The position numbers and the translations under genes were made by a program. Positions 18,595 to 27,088 of a stretch of 40,000 bases of DNA are shown piece by piece (the stretch's first letter is position 1; the number at the start of each line of letters is the position of its first letter). Source of the stretch: Staphylococcus kloosii (GTDB lineage Bacteria > Bacillota > Bacilli > Staphylococcales > Staphylococcaceae); assembly GCF_003019255.1 (NCBI RefSeq), contig NZ_CP027846.1, positions 2,402,965-2,442,964 on the forward strand, read 5' to 3'. Under the pieces are notes generated by a model. The model was given only the letters and a program-made list of their open reading frames with translations. It did no database searches and was not told the origin of the DNA.

Positions 18595-20274
18595 TTACTG
18601 AGCATCATTTAATTTTAATACATCATATAAATAACCTCGTTGTGTTATTAATTTATCATAACTTCCGCGTTCTATAATTTCGCCTTCGACCATAACAATA
18701 ATCTCATCGAAATAAGGTAATAAACGTAAGTCATGTGTTGCTACAACAAGCGTCTCAGCGTAATCATGAATTAATGACATAATTTTATCTGTATTATAAA
18801 TATCTAATGCAGTCGTTGGCTCATCCATTATCCATAGATCACTTTCTTTTAATAACAATCTAGCAATACTAATACGTTGCAATTCTCCTCCTGAAACATT
18901 GTTACCGCTAAGGTCAAGTTCTTTATCGAGTGGCATGTCAGAAAGCCCAACTAAATCTAACACTTTTCTTATTTCGTCATCACTTCGTTGTGTAAATAAA
19001 TTATCTCTTAGAGAACCATCAAACATTTGCTGCGACTGTAATAACGCATTGATTGAAGCATATTTTTGTTCATTTTTTATATGATGAATATCTTGTCCTC
19101 GATAAGCTATATTGCCTTTAGTAGTTTCATATAGACCTAACATTAAATTCAGTAATGTACTTTTACCAGAACCTGAAGGACCAACAATTGCTACATGTGA
19201 TCCTTTGTTAATTTGTAAATTAATATTGTTAACTACAGGTAAATGTTGTTGCCAATATTTAAACGTGACGTTATTAAATTTTAGTATTGGCTTGTTGCTG
19301 ACAGTTTTTGTTATTAAGTTCTCATTACCTTGCTCTACTGGGTGCGCCATTATATTATTAACGCTATCCAATGCATCATCCGTATCTGCTTTAAAATAAG
19401 CAACATTACTCATAGGTACAGCTTGCTCAAATAACGTCAACATCATTAACACAATGCTCGTTAAATAAACAACATCCATACTTCCTTTTTGCACTTGAAG
19501 CACTCCTAACAGTAATGTGAAAAAGAGTGCTACCATCGCTATCAAATTCAATAAAAAATCATAACGCGTTAAAAACTGTTGCTCTTTATCTTGTGCCTGA
19601 CTGTAATTTTTCAATGCATGTTGTACTTTATCTTTATAATCGTCAACCTTACTAAAACGATTTAATTCATCATAACCTGCTTTATAATCATAATAATGAT
19701 CCATAAAGTCTTTTTCAGATGCACGTTTAATTTGTTTTATTTTTCTCGCCCTTTTGGCACTAATCCAAGGCACTATACCTAACGTAATGAGCATACTAAT
19801 AAAAATAACCGCAGCATGTACATAAGAAAAAACAAACAAGACGATTACGGATACAATTGACGTTAACCCTATAACAATCGGCGGGTAGTATACACGTAAA
19901 TAAATGTTTTGTAAGGCTTCAATACGCCCTATCATATTAGATAATAATTCTGTGGATTTAAATTTTCTATAAATATCCGGAACAACTGGTATCAAGCCTT
20001 TAAAAAACTGAACTCTTACGTTTCTCAACATCGTAAAAGTTGTTCTGTGTGATAATAGTCGTTCAATATATCTAAAAATTGCGCGTAAAAAGCCAAACAT
20101 TTTCACGGAAACGATAAGCACCATTAACGCAAATAATGGTGCACCGAGTGCGCTTTGTGTAACCATATAACCACTCAAGAAAAACATCGCTAAAGCAACT
20201 AAACTGCCAAGCACACCAACGGCGACTGCAAGTATTAAATCTTTATCTATTTTAAAATGAATGCGTGGTTTCAT
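18595..20274 (-). CDS. cydC: ABC transporter permease/ATPase, CydC-type thiol reductant exporter subunit
   Basis: 559 aa, a 6-TM domain plus an NBD (GPSGSGKST, VSGGELQR, LWIMDEPT). Its ATGA start overlaps the upstream partner's stop. Confidence 0.75.
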   Translation of the reverse strand: MKPRIHFKIDKDLILAVAVGVLGSLVALAMFFLSGYMVTQSALGAPLFALMVLIVSVKMFGFLRAIFRYIERLLSHRTTFTMLRNVRVQFFKGLIPVVPDIYRKFKSTELLSNMIGRIEALQNIYLRVYYPPIVIGLTSIVSVIVLFVFSYVHAAVIFISMLITLGIVPWISAKRARKIKQIKRASEKDFMDHYYDYKAGYDELNRFSKVDDYKDKVQHALKNYSQAQDKEQQFLTRYDFLLNLIAMVALFFTLLLGVLQVQKGSMDVVYLTSIVLMMLTLFEQAVPMSNVAYFKADTDDALDSVNNIMAHPVEQGNENLITKTVSNKPILKFNNVTFKYWQQHLPVVNNINLQINKGSHVAIVGPSGSGKSTLLNLMLGLYETTKGNIAYRGQDIHHIKNEQKYASINALLQSQQMFDGSLRDNLFTQRSDDEIRKVLDLVGLSDMPLDKELDLSGNNVSGGELQRISIARLLLKESDLWIMDEPTTALDIYNTDKIMSLIHDYAETLVVATHDLRLLPYFDEIIVMVEGEIIERGSYDKLITQRGYLYDVLKLNDAQ

Positions 20275-21902
20275 TGAAAATCATCACCTTTTAACTTTAC
20301 TGCAGATGTTAAGCTATCAATATTTTGAACCTTACCTTGACTAAGTTCAATAATTATATCTGCTTGTCGTATAGTACTGTCTCTGTGTGCAATAAAAATA
20401 ATTGTTTGTTGCTGGAAATGGCGTGCTATCGCTGCTTGGATAATTTTTTCAGTGCGAATATCTAAGCCTGTCGTAGGTTCATCAAAAATCACTACATCGG
20501 GTTGTAGTAATAAGACCCTTGCTAACTCAATTCTTCTCATCTCTCCACCAGATAACATTTCTCCGCCTTCACCAATGTGTGTGTCTATGCCTGCTTCTAA
20601 TTGACTAATTTTGTCTATTAAGTTCACTTCTGCTAACACATTATTAATAACTTTATCTGCGATTGTGTCATCAAACATCGTTACATTATTTCTAATTGAC
20701 GTATTAAAAATATAAGGATGCTGGCTTAACACACCAAAGTTAATAGTGTGCTCGTTCGTGTATATTTCACCACTCGCTGGTTGCAATTGTTGACTGATTA
20801 TTTTAGCTAAAGTGGACTTACCAGCACCGCTTGGCCCTACTAATGCGATTTTGTCACCACGTTTAATCTTCAGATTGATATCTTGTAACACATAATTCGC
20901 TGTATCATTGTACTTAAACCAAACATTTTGGAGCGCCATAATATTATTTGAAGATATTACTTGTGGTTCAGAGACAACGTGAGGCTCAGCACTATCTAGA
21001 AAATCGAATAACACATCACTTGAGCCTTCACTTTGTTTACCTGTATGGAATGACTGACCTAAGTCTTTAATAGCATTGTAAAATTCAGGTGCCAAAATAA
21101 TAACAATGGCCGCTGTTTCAAAATTTATATTGTGAAATAACACAAGGCCTAAACCTACTTCCAATGCGACTAAGCCAATACCCAACATGGTAATGAATTC
21201 TAGCATCAAACCAGACAAAAAAGCACTGCGTAAAATAATCATAGTTAACGTTCTAAAATGCGTGCTTTCTTCATATAATTCGCGTTCTGTGTGTGCAGTA
21301 CGATTGAATAACTTCAAAGTGACTAAGCCTTTTACTTTATTTAAAAATTGTTGACTAAATTGATTTAAATAAGTCATTTTATCTTTAGCTTCATCTCGCG
21401 TTTTCAATCCAAAAATAATATAAAACAACGGTATAAAAGGTGCCGTAACAAGCATAATTAAAGCTGTATTTAAATGTATAAAGAACATCGCTACAATGAT
21501 AAAAAATGGTATCATCATTGACTTAAATACTTGAGGAAAATAACTATTAAAAAATGGTAGTATACCGTCTATAATTTCAGTAACTACATTGACTTGGCTA
21601 CCAATTGGCGTATTCGAATTTTTATCGATTGCCTGTTGTCGAAAATGTTGTGCGACTTTAGAAGCCATTCGGTTACCTAAGTTCAGATTTAACATGTTAA
21701 AAGTAGCTCTTAATAATAAAACCACTCCAGTTAAACTGATTAACCCATATATTTGAAAATGCTTATTAATTAATACTTCGTTTAAAACTTTAGCAATAGC
21801 TATGTTTTGTATTACAACTGTTAAAGCTAAAAACATGCTGACAATCGCCATGCCTATTAAATATATTTTATATTCCATCGCAATCTTTGTTAATCTTTTC
21901 AC
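20271..21902 (-). CDS. cydD: ABC transporter permease/ATPase, CydD-type thiol reductant exporter subunit
   Basis: A TM domain plus an NBD (GPSGAGKST, LSGGEMRR, VVIFDEPT). The start was moved to the GTG at 21902, which has AGGTGA 5 nt upstream. A TATAAT lies just upstream of the SD. Confidence 0.75.
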   Translation of the reverse strand: MKRLTKIAMEYKIYLIGMAIVSMFLALTVVIQNIAIAKVLNEVLINKHFQIYGLISLTGVVLLLRATFNMLNLNLGNRMASKVAQHFRQQAIDKNSNTPIGSQVNVVTEIIDGILPFFNSYFPQVFKSMMIPFFIIVAMFFIHLNTALIMLVTAPFIPLFYIIFGLKTRDEAKDKMTYLNQFSQQFLNKVKGLVTLKLFNRTAHTERELYEESTHFRTLTMIILRSAFLSGLMLEFITMLGIGLVALEVGLGLVLFHNINFETAAIVIILAPEFYNAIKDLGQSFHTGKQSEGSSDVLFDFLDSAEPHVVSEPQVISSNNIMALQNVWFKYNDTANYVLQDINLKIKRGDKIALVGPSGAGKSTLAKIISQQLQPASGEIYTNEHTINFGVLSQHPYIFNTSIRNNVTMFDDTIADKVINNVLAEVNLIDKISQLEAGIDTHIGEGGEMLSGGEMRRIELARVLLLQPDVVIFDEPTTGLDIRTEKIIQAAIARHFQQQTIIFIAHRDSTIRQADIIIELSQGKVQNIDSLTSAVKLKGDDFQ

Positions 21903-22167
21903 AAGTATCACCTAAATTACATTATAGTCTCTTTGTTATATTTTTAAATGAATAAGGTTTGTATTTTCCATCAAATTCATAAGGCTTTACATATTTTTGT
22001 CACAAACGCTATATATCCTTGATACCTAGAGGATATAAACTTCGTTTAGTATTTTCTACAAACATGAATAGTATTACTATTATTAATATATCTTTACATA
22101 ATTTCATGATATTATAAGAAAATGAATTATGTAAAAAATTAATAATAGAGATGAAAGTAGGTAACTT

Positions 22168-23043
22168 ATGTTCATTCTTGAATTGATCAAAGGAATTATA
22201 TTAGGCATTGTTGAAGGTTTAACAGAATTCGCACCAGTTTCCTCTACTGGACATATGATTTTAGTTGATGATATGTGGTTAAAATCAAGCGCATTTTTAG
22301 GCTCTGAATCGGCATTTACTTTTAAAGTAGTCATTCAGCTCGGCTCCGTTTTTGCAGCTGCATGGGTCTTTAGAGAACGTTATTTTGAAATGCTTCATAT
22401 AGGAAAATATAAATCCCAACCTATAGATGGTCTAAGGCATAAACCTAAACGCTTAAATCTATTACACATTTTAGTAGGTATGATACCTGCAGGTGTGTTG
22501 GGACTACTATTTGATGATGTTATTGAAAAGTATTTATTTAGTGTTCCAACTGTAATGATTGGTTTGCTAATCGGTGCTGTCTACATGATTATGGCCGATA
22601 TTTATAGCAAAAAAGTACCTAATCCTAAAACAGTGGACCAAATAAATTATTTACAAGCTTTTATTATTGGATTATCACAAGCCATTGCTATGTGGCCCGG
22701 TTTCAGTAGATCTGGCTCTACCATATCGACGGGTGTACTTATGAAAATGAATCATAAAGCAGCTTCAGACTTTACATTTATGATGTCTGTGCCAATTATG
22801 CTAGGTGCAAGTTGTTTATCACTAATAAAAAATATTGAATTTATTCATTTAAATCAATTACCTTTCTATATTTTAGGATTTTTAGCAGCATTTGTATTTG
22901 GATTAATTACTATCAAATTATTCTTACATTTAATCAGTAAAGTTAAACTATTACCTTTTGCTATTTATAGAATAATTTTAGTAATCATTATTGCTATACT
23001 TTATTTTGGTTTTGGTATAGGTCATCATATTACAAGTGCATAA
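22168..23043 (+). CDS. uppP: Undecaprenyl-diphosphate phosphatase (BacA/UppP)
   Basis: 291 aa with GI.EGLTEF.PVSSTGH and PG.SRSG.TI motifs. Confidence 0.93.
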   Translation: MFILELIKGIILGIVEGLTEFAPVSSTGHMILVDDMWLKSSAFLGSESAFTFKVVIQLGSVFAAAWVFRERYFEMLHIGKYKSQPIDGLRHKPKRLNLLHILVGMIPAGVLGLLFDDVIEKYLFSVPTVMIGLLIGAVYMIMADIYSKKVPNPKTVDQINYLQAFIIGLSQAIAMWPGFSRSGSTISTGVLMKMNHKAASDFTFMMSVPIMLGASCLSLIKNIEFIHLNQLPFYILGFLAAFVFGLITIKLFLHLISKVKLLPFAIYRIILVIIIAILYFGFGIGHHITSA

Positions 23044-23050
23044 TATTTGT

Positions 23051-23098
23051 GGGACATTATTTTTAACATTAAATGTTATGATTAATGTCCCTTTTCTA
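23051..23098 (+). terminator. Rho-independent terminator after uppP
   Basis: GGGACATTA (23051-23059) pairs with TAATGTCCC (23083-23091), followed by TTTTCT. Confidence 0.8.
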
Positions 23099-23155
23099 TT
23101 AGAAATGTTAATATTAAAACTTAAGTAAATGAATATTTGTTAATTCATTTGTAGC

Positions 23156-23181
23156 GTTTATTGTCGTCAGACAAAGGGTAA
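23156..23181 (+). promoter_or_regulatory. SigB-type promoter for the 23216-24952 operon
   Basis: GTTTAT (23156-23161), a 14-nt spacer, then GGGTAA (23176-23181). The consensus is GTTTAA-N12-15-GGGTAT/GGGWAW. It lies about 35 nt upstream of the ATG. Confidence 0.55.
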
Positions 23182-23215
23182 ATGTTACATAGTATATTTA
23201 TATGGAGGCAACGTT

Positions 23216-23914
23216 ATGGACAAAAAGAATTTAGTGAAAACATTAATTAACGTTTTACCAATCTTTCTCGTTCCACTTGTTTTAGAACGTAAACGTATTA
23301 ATGAACAACCAGATGTTAAAAAAGCAACTGATGCTACAGTGAAAGCTTCAAAAACGGTAGCACATAAATCTGTTCAGTTCAAAGATGCTGTTGTAGATAA
23401 ATCAGGTGATGCAAAAGATTATGTTGTTGAAAAGAAACAGCATTTGGACGAAAAACGTCAGCTTAAACAAATTGCCAAAGAGAGCGACCCAGCTTATATA
23501 GAAAAACAAGAAGAAAAAGCTGCTAAAGAAAGACACAAAGAAGCTGAGAAGTTAGATAAAAAATTACAAAAACGTATTGAAAAACGTCATAAAGAAGAAG
23601 AAAAATTACGTGCAGAGAACCAATCTGAACGCATTAAAAGTATTAAAAAAGCCAACAAGTATATGGATGAAGTTGGCTTAACTCCTGGTAAAGTTGATAA
23701 AGAAACTGAGAAAAAAGGTGACAAACTTGCCAAGGAAAATCGTAAAGAAATTAGTAAGTTAGATAAAATTTTACAAAAACGCATCGACAAAAGACATAAA
23801 GAAGAAGAAAAAGAGCTGGAAAAAAATAAAAAAGCACGCCTTGCCGAATTTAAAAAATATAAAAATTATGACGCTAAGAGTGTCGTAAAACAAAATAAAG
23901 AGCAAGACGAATAA
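23216..23914 (+). CDS. Hypothetical highly charged (K/E-rich) coiled-coil protein with an N-terminal hydrophobic anchor
   Basis: 232 aa. GGAGG RBS. Residues 9-23 are hydrophobic and the rest is more than 50% K/E/D/R by eye. It contains an internal 31-aa duplication. Confidence 0.7.
   Translation: MDKKNLVKTLINVLPIFLVPLVLERKRINEQPDVKKATDATVKASKTVAHKSVQFKDAVVDKSGDAKDYVVEKKQHLDEKRQLKQIAKESDPAYIEKQEEKAAKERHKEAEKLDKKLQKRIEKRHKEEEKLRAENQSERIKSIKKANKYMDEVGLTPGKVDKETEKKGDKLAKENRKEISKLDKILQKRIDKRHKEEEKELEKNKKARLAEFKKYKNYDAKSVVKQNKEQDE
23513..23812 (+). repeat. Internal in-frame duplication within the K/E-rich gene
   Basis: aa 100-130 (EKAAKERHKEAEKLDKKLQKRIEKRHKEEEK, nt 23513-23605) and aa 169-199 (DKLAKENRKEISKLDKILQKRIDKRHKEEEK, nt 23720-23812) share 22/31 identities at a 69-aa offset. 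Confidence 0.8.
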
Positions 23915-23921
23915 GCTATTT

Positions 23922-24380
23922 ATGACTAGAGTTATAATAGATGGAGATGCTTGTCCTGTTACTCATTCAGTTATTGAAATGACTACAGGGACAGGCATTT
24001 TTGTTATCATTGTACGCAGTTTCAGCCACTTTTCTACAGCTATCCAGCCCGACCATGTGCGTACCATTTATGTTGATAGTGGCCCAGAAGCCGTCGATTA
24101 CAAGATTGTACAAATTACAAAACCTAACGATATCGTTATTACACAAGACTATGGATTAGCTAGTTTACTTCTAAATAAAGTCGCAATTGTATTACATCAT
24201 TCCGGCCGTCATTATACGAATGACAATATCGACACTTTGCTCGCTCAGCGACACGCTAACGCACAATTTAGAAAAAGCGGCGGAAGAACTAAAGGCCCTT
24301 CTAAATTCACTTCTGAGGATCAAGTGCAATTTAAAGTAAAACTAGCACAAATTTTAAAAGATTACATAGAAGAGGAGTAA
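23922..24380 (+). CDS. YaiI/YqxD family protein (UPF0178/DUF188)
   Basis: 152 aa. The N-terminal ..IIDGDACPV motif and the size are typical of the family. Confidence 0.8.
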   Translation: MTRVIIDGDACPVTHSVIEMTTGTGIFVIIVRSFSHFSTAIQPDHVRTIYVDSGPEAVDYKIVQITKPNDIVITQDYGLASLLLNKVAIVLHHSGRHYTNDNIDTLLAQRHANAQFRKSGGRTKGPSKFTSEDQVQFKVKLAQILKDYIEEE

Positions 24381-24385
24381 TGAGC

Positions 24386-24952
24386 ATGAAAAAAATTGCA
24401 GTATACTGTGGTGCAAGTAAAGGTAACAATCCTATATATGTTAAAGAAGCGTATAATTTAGGAAAATATATGGCAGAAAAAGGTTATGAGTTAATATTTG
24501 GTGCCGGTTCAGTTGGCATTATGGGCGCAATTCAAGATGGCGTATTAGACGCTGGTGGTAAAGTAACCGGTGTAATGCCTAAAATGCTTGATGAGCGCGA
24601 AATTACGAGTCAAAAAGTTAGCGAACTGATACTTGTTGATTCTATGCACGAACGTAAAAACAAAATGGCAGAATTGGCCGATGCTTTCGTTATGGCTCCT
24701 GGTGGTGCTGGTTCTTTAGAAGAATTTTTCGAAATGTATAGTTGGTCACAAATAGGAATTCACCAAAAGCCAATTGCAATGTTCAATATCAATAACTTTT
24801 TTGACCCGTTAGCAGATTTATTGTTACATATGATTGACGAAGGATTTATTGACCAAAAATATAAACAACTAGCCCCATTATGTAATACAAAAGAAGATTT
24901 ACTCACTACTTTAGAACAATACAAACCACTCGGTATACGTACTTATGATTAA
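24386..24952 (+). CDS. LOG-family/TIGR00730 Rossmann-fold nucleotide-binding protein (lysine-decarboxylase-like, YvdD-type)
   Basis: It shows IAVYCGAS...GGG.VG.MG...PGGAGSLEEFFE (PGGxGTxxE-type motif). The start was taken at the ATG at 24386, 8 nt after GAGGAG. The ATG at 24380 is only 2 nt from the SD. Confidence 0.85.
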   Translation: MKKIAVYCGASKGNNPIYVKEAYNLGKYMAEKGYELIFGAGSVGIMGAIQDGVLDAGGKVTGVMPKMLDEREITSQKVSELILVDSMHERKNKMAELADAFVMAPGGAGSLEEFFEMYSWSQIGIHQKPIAMFNINNFFDPLADLLLHMIDEGFIDQKYKQLAPLCNTKEDLLTTLEQYKPLGIRTYD

Positions 24953-24988
24953 AAAAGAATGTAGCTTATTAGCTACATTCTTTTTATT
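24951..24988. terminator. Bidirectional terminator (LOG gene / GNAT gene)
   Basis: AGAATGTAGCT (24956-24966) pairs with AGCTACATTCT (24971-24981) across a 4-nt loop. It has an A-run on the left and a T-run on the right. Confidence 0.9.
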
Positions 24989-25529
24989 TACTTAACTTTT
25001 TATAGTATCTGACATGTTTTTTTAATGGATTATAATTACTTAAATCGGGATACTCAAAGTGGTCGTAAAATTGCATGTTTATTTTTTCCATTACTTTAAT
25101 AGAGCTAATATTTTGTTCTGCAGTTAGGGCATAAACTTCTTCGATACCTTTTGACGCAGCATAGTCTAACACCGCTTCCGCACCTTCTGAAGCAATACCG
25201 TTGCCCCATACTTCAGGTATTAATCTCCAACCAATTTCATAAAACGGCAATTCTTCAAAGCTATATTTACTGTCTGTGGCTATATAATTCACACCTATAA
25301 ACCCTAGCCAACCTCCTGTTTCTTTCAGTTCGACAGCGAATAATCCTATGCCGTGTTCTTTAATAATCTCGTCCATCTTTTGCATATCTAATTCAGAACG
25401 ACGATAACTTAATAAGCTAGGAAAGAAACGTCTAACTTGTTGATTTGCATTCATTTGTTGAAATGGTAATAAATCTTCTTCATGCCAATCTCTTAAAATA
25501 AGACGATCAGTTTCGATATAAACTGTCAT
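24984..25529 (-). CDS. GNAT family N-acetyltransferase (RimJ/RimL-like)
   Basis: 181 aa. The pattern TDRLILR.W...D......M......RFF is typical of the Acetyltransf_3 family, and it carries a G.G.A motif. Confidence 0.85.
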   Translation of the reverse strand: MTVYIETDRLILRDWHEEDLLPFQQMNANQQVRRFFPSLLSYRRSELDMQKMDEIIKEHGIGLFAVELKETGGWLGFIGVNYIATDSKYSFEELPFYEIGWRLIPEVWGNGIASEGAEAVLDYAASKGIEEVYALTAEQNISSIKVMEKINMQFYDHFEYPDLSNYNPLKKHVRYYKKLSK

Positions 25530-25568
25530 AATTCACACCTCGTTATTACTAATGGTAATGATAGTATT

Positions 25569-25608
25569 ATAAAAAAGTAACGCGTTATGACTAATCATAT
25601 CGCGCTAC
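25569..25608 (-). terminator. Rho-independent terminator after the 98-aa gene
   Basis: GTAACGCG (25577-25584) pairs with CGCGCTAC (25601-25608, one wobble), with a U-run on the minus strand. Confidence 0.7.
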
Positions 25609-25636
25609 GTAATAGTTTTTATAAATAAAATTGCTG

Positions 25637-25933
25637 TTATGCCTTAGTAATATAACTAATTAACTCTACGTTAACAGCTACTTCTTTTAATCTGTTTCTT
25701 TCGCTTTTTGGAGCCGTAAATGTAGCATCTATTAAATCATTTTGATGATTTAATCTATATGTAGCTACGAATGTATCAGTATCTGATTCAAAATTAGGTA
25801 AATGTGCAACGACACGTTTAATTTCACCAGTAGAATCTTTTATTTGTCTACCTGTAATATTTTCTAATTCTTTACCTAGTTCAGGTAACGTAATTGAACG
25901 ACCTTCTAAAATATTAAAATCTTGTTCATGCAT
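25637..25933 (-). CDS. Hypothetical small cytosolic protein (98 aa)
   Basis: The start was moved to the ATG at 25933, which has GAGGGAG 5 nt upstream. There is no TM segment and I recognise no family. A SigB-type promoter lies upstream. Confidence 0.6.
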   Translation of the reverse strand: MHEQDFNILEGRSITLPELGKELENITGRQIKDSTGEIKRVVAHLPNFESDTDTFVATYRLNHQNDLIDATFTAPKSERNRLKEVAVNVELISYITKA

Positions 25934-26082
25934 GAATACTCCCTCGCTTTCTTCACCAGTCATCAAATTATAGCTATTTATTACGAATTCATTTAAAAGT
26001 CTAACGTTAATATTTTACATTTATCGTGATATCTCATAAATCATTTAATCTTGTACTTCAATTTTTATTTTATGACAAGTAC

Positions 26083-26108
26083 ATACCCTTTAAAGTTGAA
26101 GCTAAAAC
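26083..26108 (-). promoter_or_regulatory. SigB-type promoter directed at the 98-aa gene
   Basis: On the minus strand: GTTTTA (26108-26103), a 14-nt spacer, then GGGTAT (26088-26083). That is 5/6 and 6/6 matches to GTTTAA-N12-15-GGGTAT. Confidence 0.6.
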
Positions 26109-26219
26109 CCTTACAAATTATTTTACAGGAAACATTGTAACATATTTGTTAATATTAATTAAATAATTTTTCTATTAGTTATACATATATATTTCTAATA
26201 GCGTCCATAATTCGTTCGT

Positions 26220-26486
26220 TTACTTATCTTTCTTTTTATCCGAATCTTTTTTCTTATCACTACTATCGTCACTAGTAGAACCACTATCAATATCCTTTTC
26301 TAGTTGGTCTGCTTGATCTTTTAGTTTATCTTGTTGCTTGGATAATTTTTCCTTTTGTTGTTTTAATTCTTTATTTTCTTTCTCTAATTTACTAATGTCT
26401 TTTTGTAATGATTCTTTTTCTGCACTTTTGCCACAACCTGATAAAGCGATGGTCGAAGCTAATATTAGAACAATCCACTTTTTCAT
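26220..26486 (-). CDS. Small lipoprotein with a coiled-coil and a charged Ser/Asp/Lys tail (88 aa)
   Basis: The start was moved to the ATG at 26486 (AAGGAG 7 nt upstream). The signal peptide MKKWIVLILASTIALSGC carries the lipobox LSGC. Confidence 0.8.
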   Translation of the reverse strand: MKKWIVLILASTIALSGCGKSAEKESLQKDISKLEKENKELKQQKEKLSKQQDKLKDQADQLEKDIDSGSTSDDSSDKKKDSDKKKDK

Positions 26487-26529
26487 ACGTGAGCTCCTTA
26501 TCATTATACTATCAAGCATTATTTTACCA

Positions 26530-26997
26530 TTATTTCTTACGTTGTTCATCCATTGTTGTAAGTTCCTTAGACATTATAATTTTTTCCGAACTGTAGCCTA
26601 ATTTATTATTTAATTGAATCATCGCTTCATTGTCTCTATTTACAGTACCGACAACTTTATAGATATCGTTTTCTATCGCCCATTGTTCAATGGCTTGCTT
26701 TAATTCAGTTGCTATTTGTTTGTGCCTATAATCATGCGAAACAAATAGCATTTCAACCACTACTACTTTATCTTTTTTGTGGCAATGACCCCAAATAAAG
26801 CCAATTAGACGTTCTTCTTTAACATAACAATATATAACATCATTCATATATTTTATGCGGCGAATAATCATTTCTTCTCGTAAACTTACGGCAAATGTTG
26901 TAGGTTTTGTCTTATGTGCTTGCTTCGCCAATTCAAGCTCGTGAATATAAGCTATTTGCTTTATAAACTGTTTATCTTCTAGGTTTAATTTTCTCAT
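26530..26997 (-). CDS. GNAT family N-acetyltransferase
   Basis: 155 aa with the acetyl-CoA motif region HDYRHKQIATELK (R/Q-x-x-G-x-A type). Confidence 0.8.
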   Translation of the reverse strand: MRKLNLEDKQFIKQIAYIHELELAKQAHKTKPTTFAVSLREEMIIRRIKYMNDVIYCYVKEERLIGFIWGHCHKKDKVVVVEMLFVSHDYRHKQIATELKQAIEQWAIENDIYKVVGTVNRDNEAMIQLNNKLGYSSEKIIMSKELTTMDEQRKK

Positions 26998-27088
26998 ATT
27001 AGCCTCTCTATATAGTATTGATTTCTGTATTAATATTAGTCATAATTGTGTAGAAATCAATATTCTAATAAAAGGAACCTAAATTCAA

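Noticed and set aside
26071-26140. 21-codon plus-strand ORF (MTSTYPLKLKLKPLQIILQETL) and local hairpins in the 253-bp spacer 25967-26219
   Set aside because: There is no SD. The region is better explained as the SigB promoter and leader of the minus-strand 98-aa gene plus the weak terminator of the lipoprotein gene.
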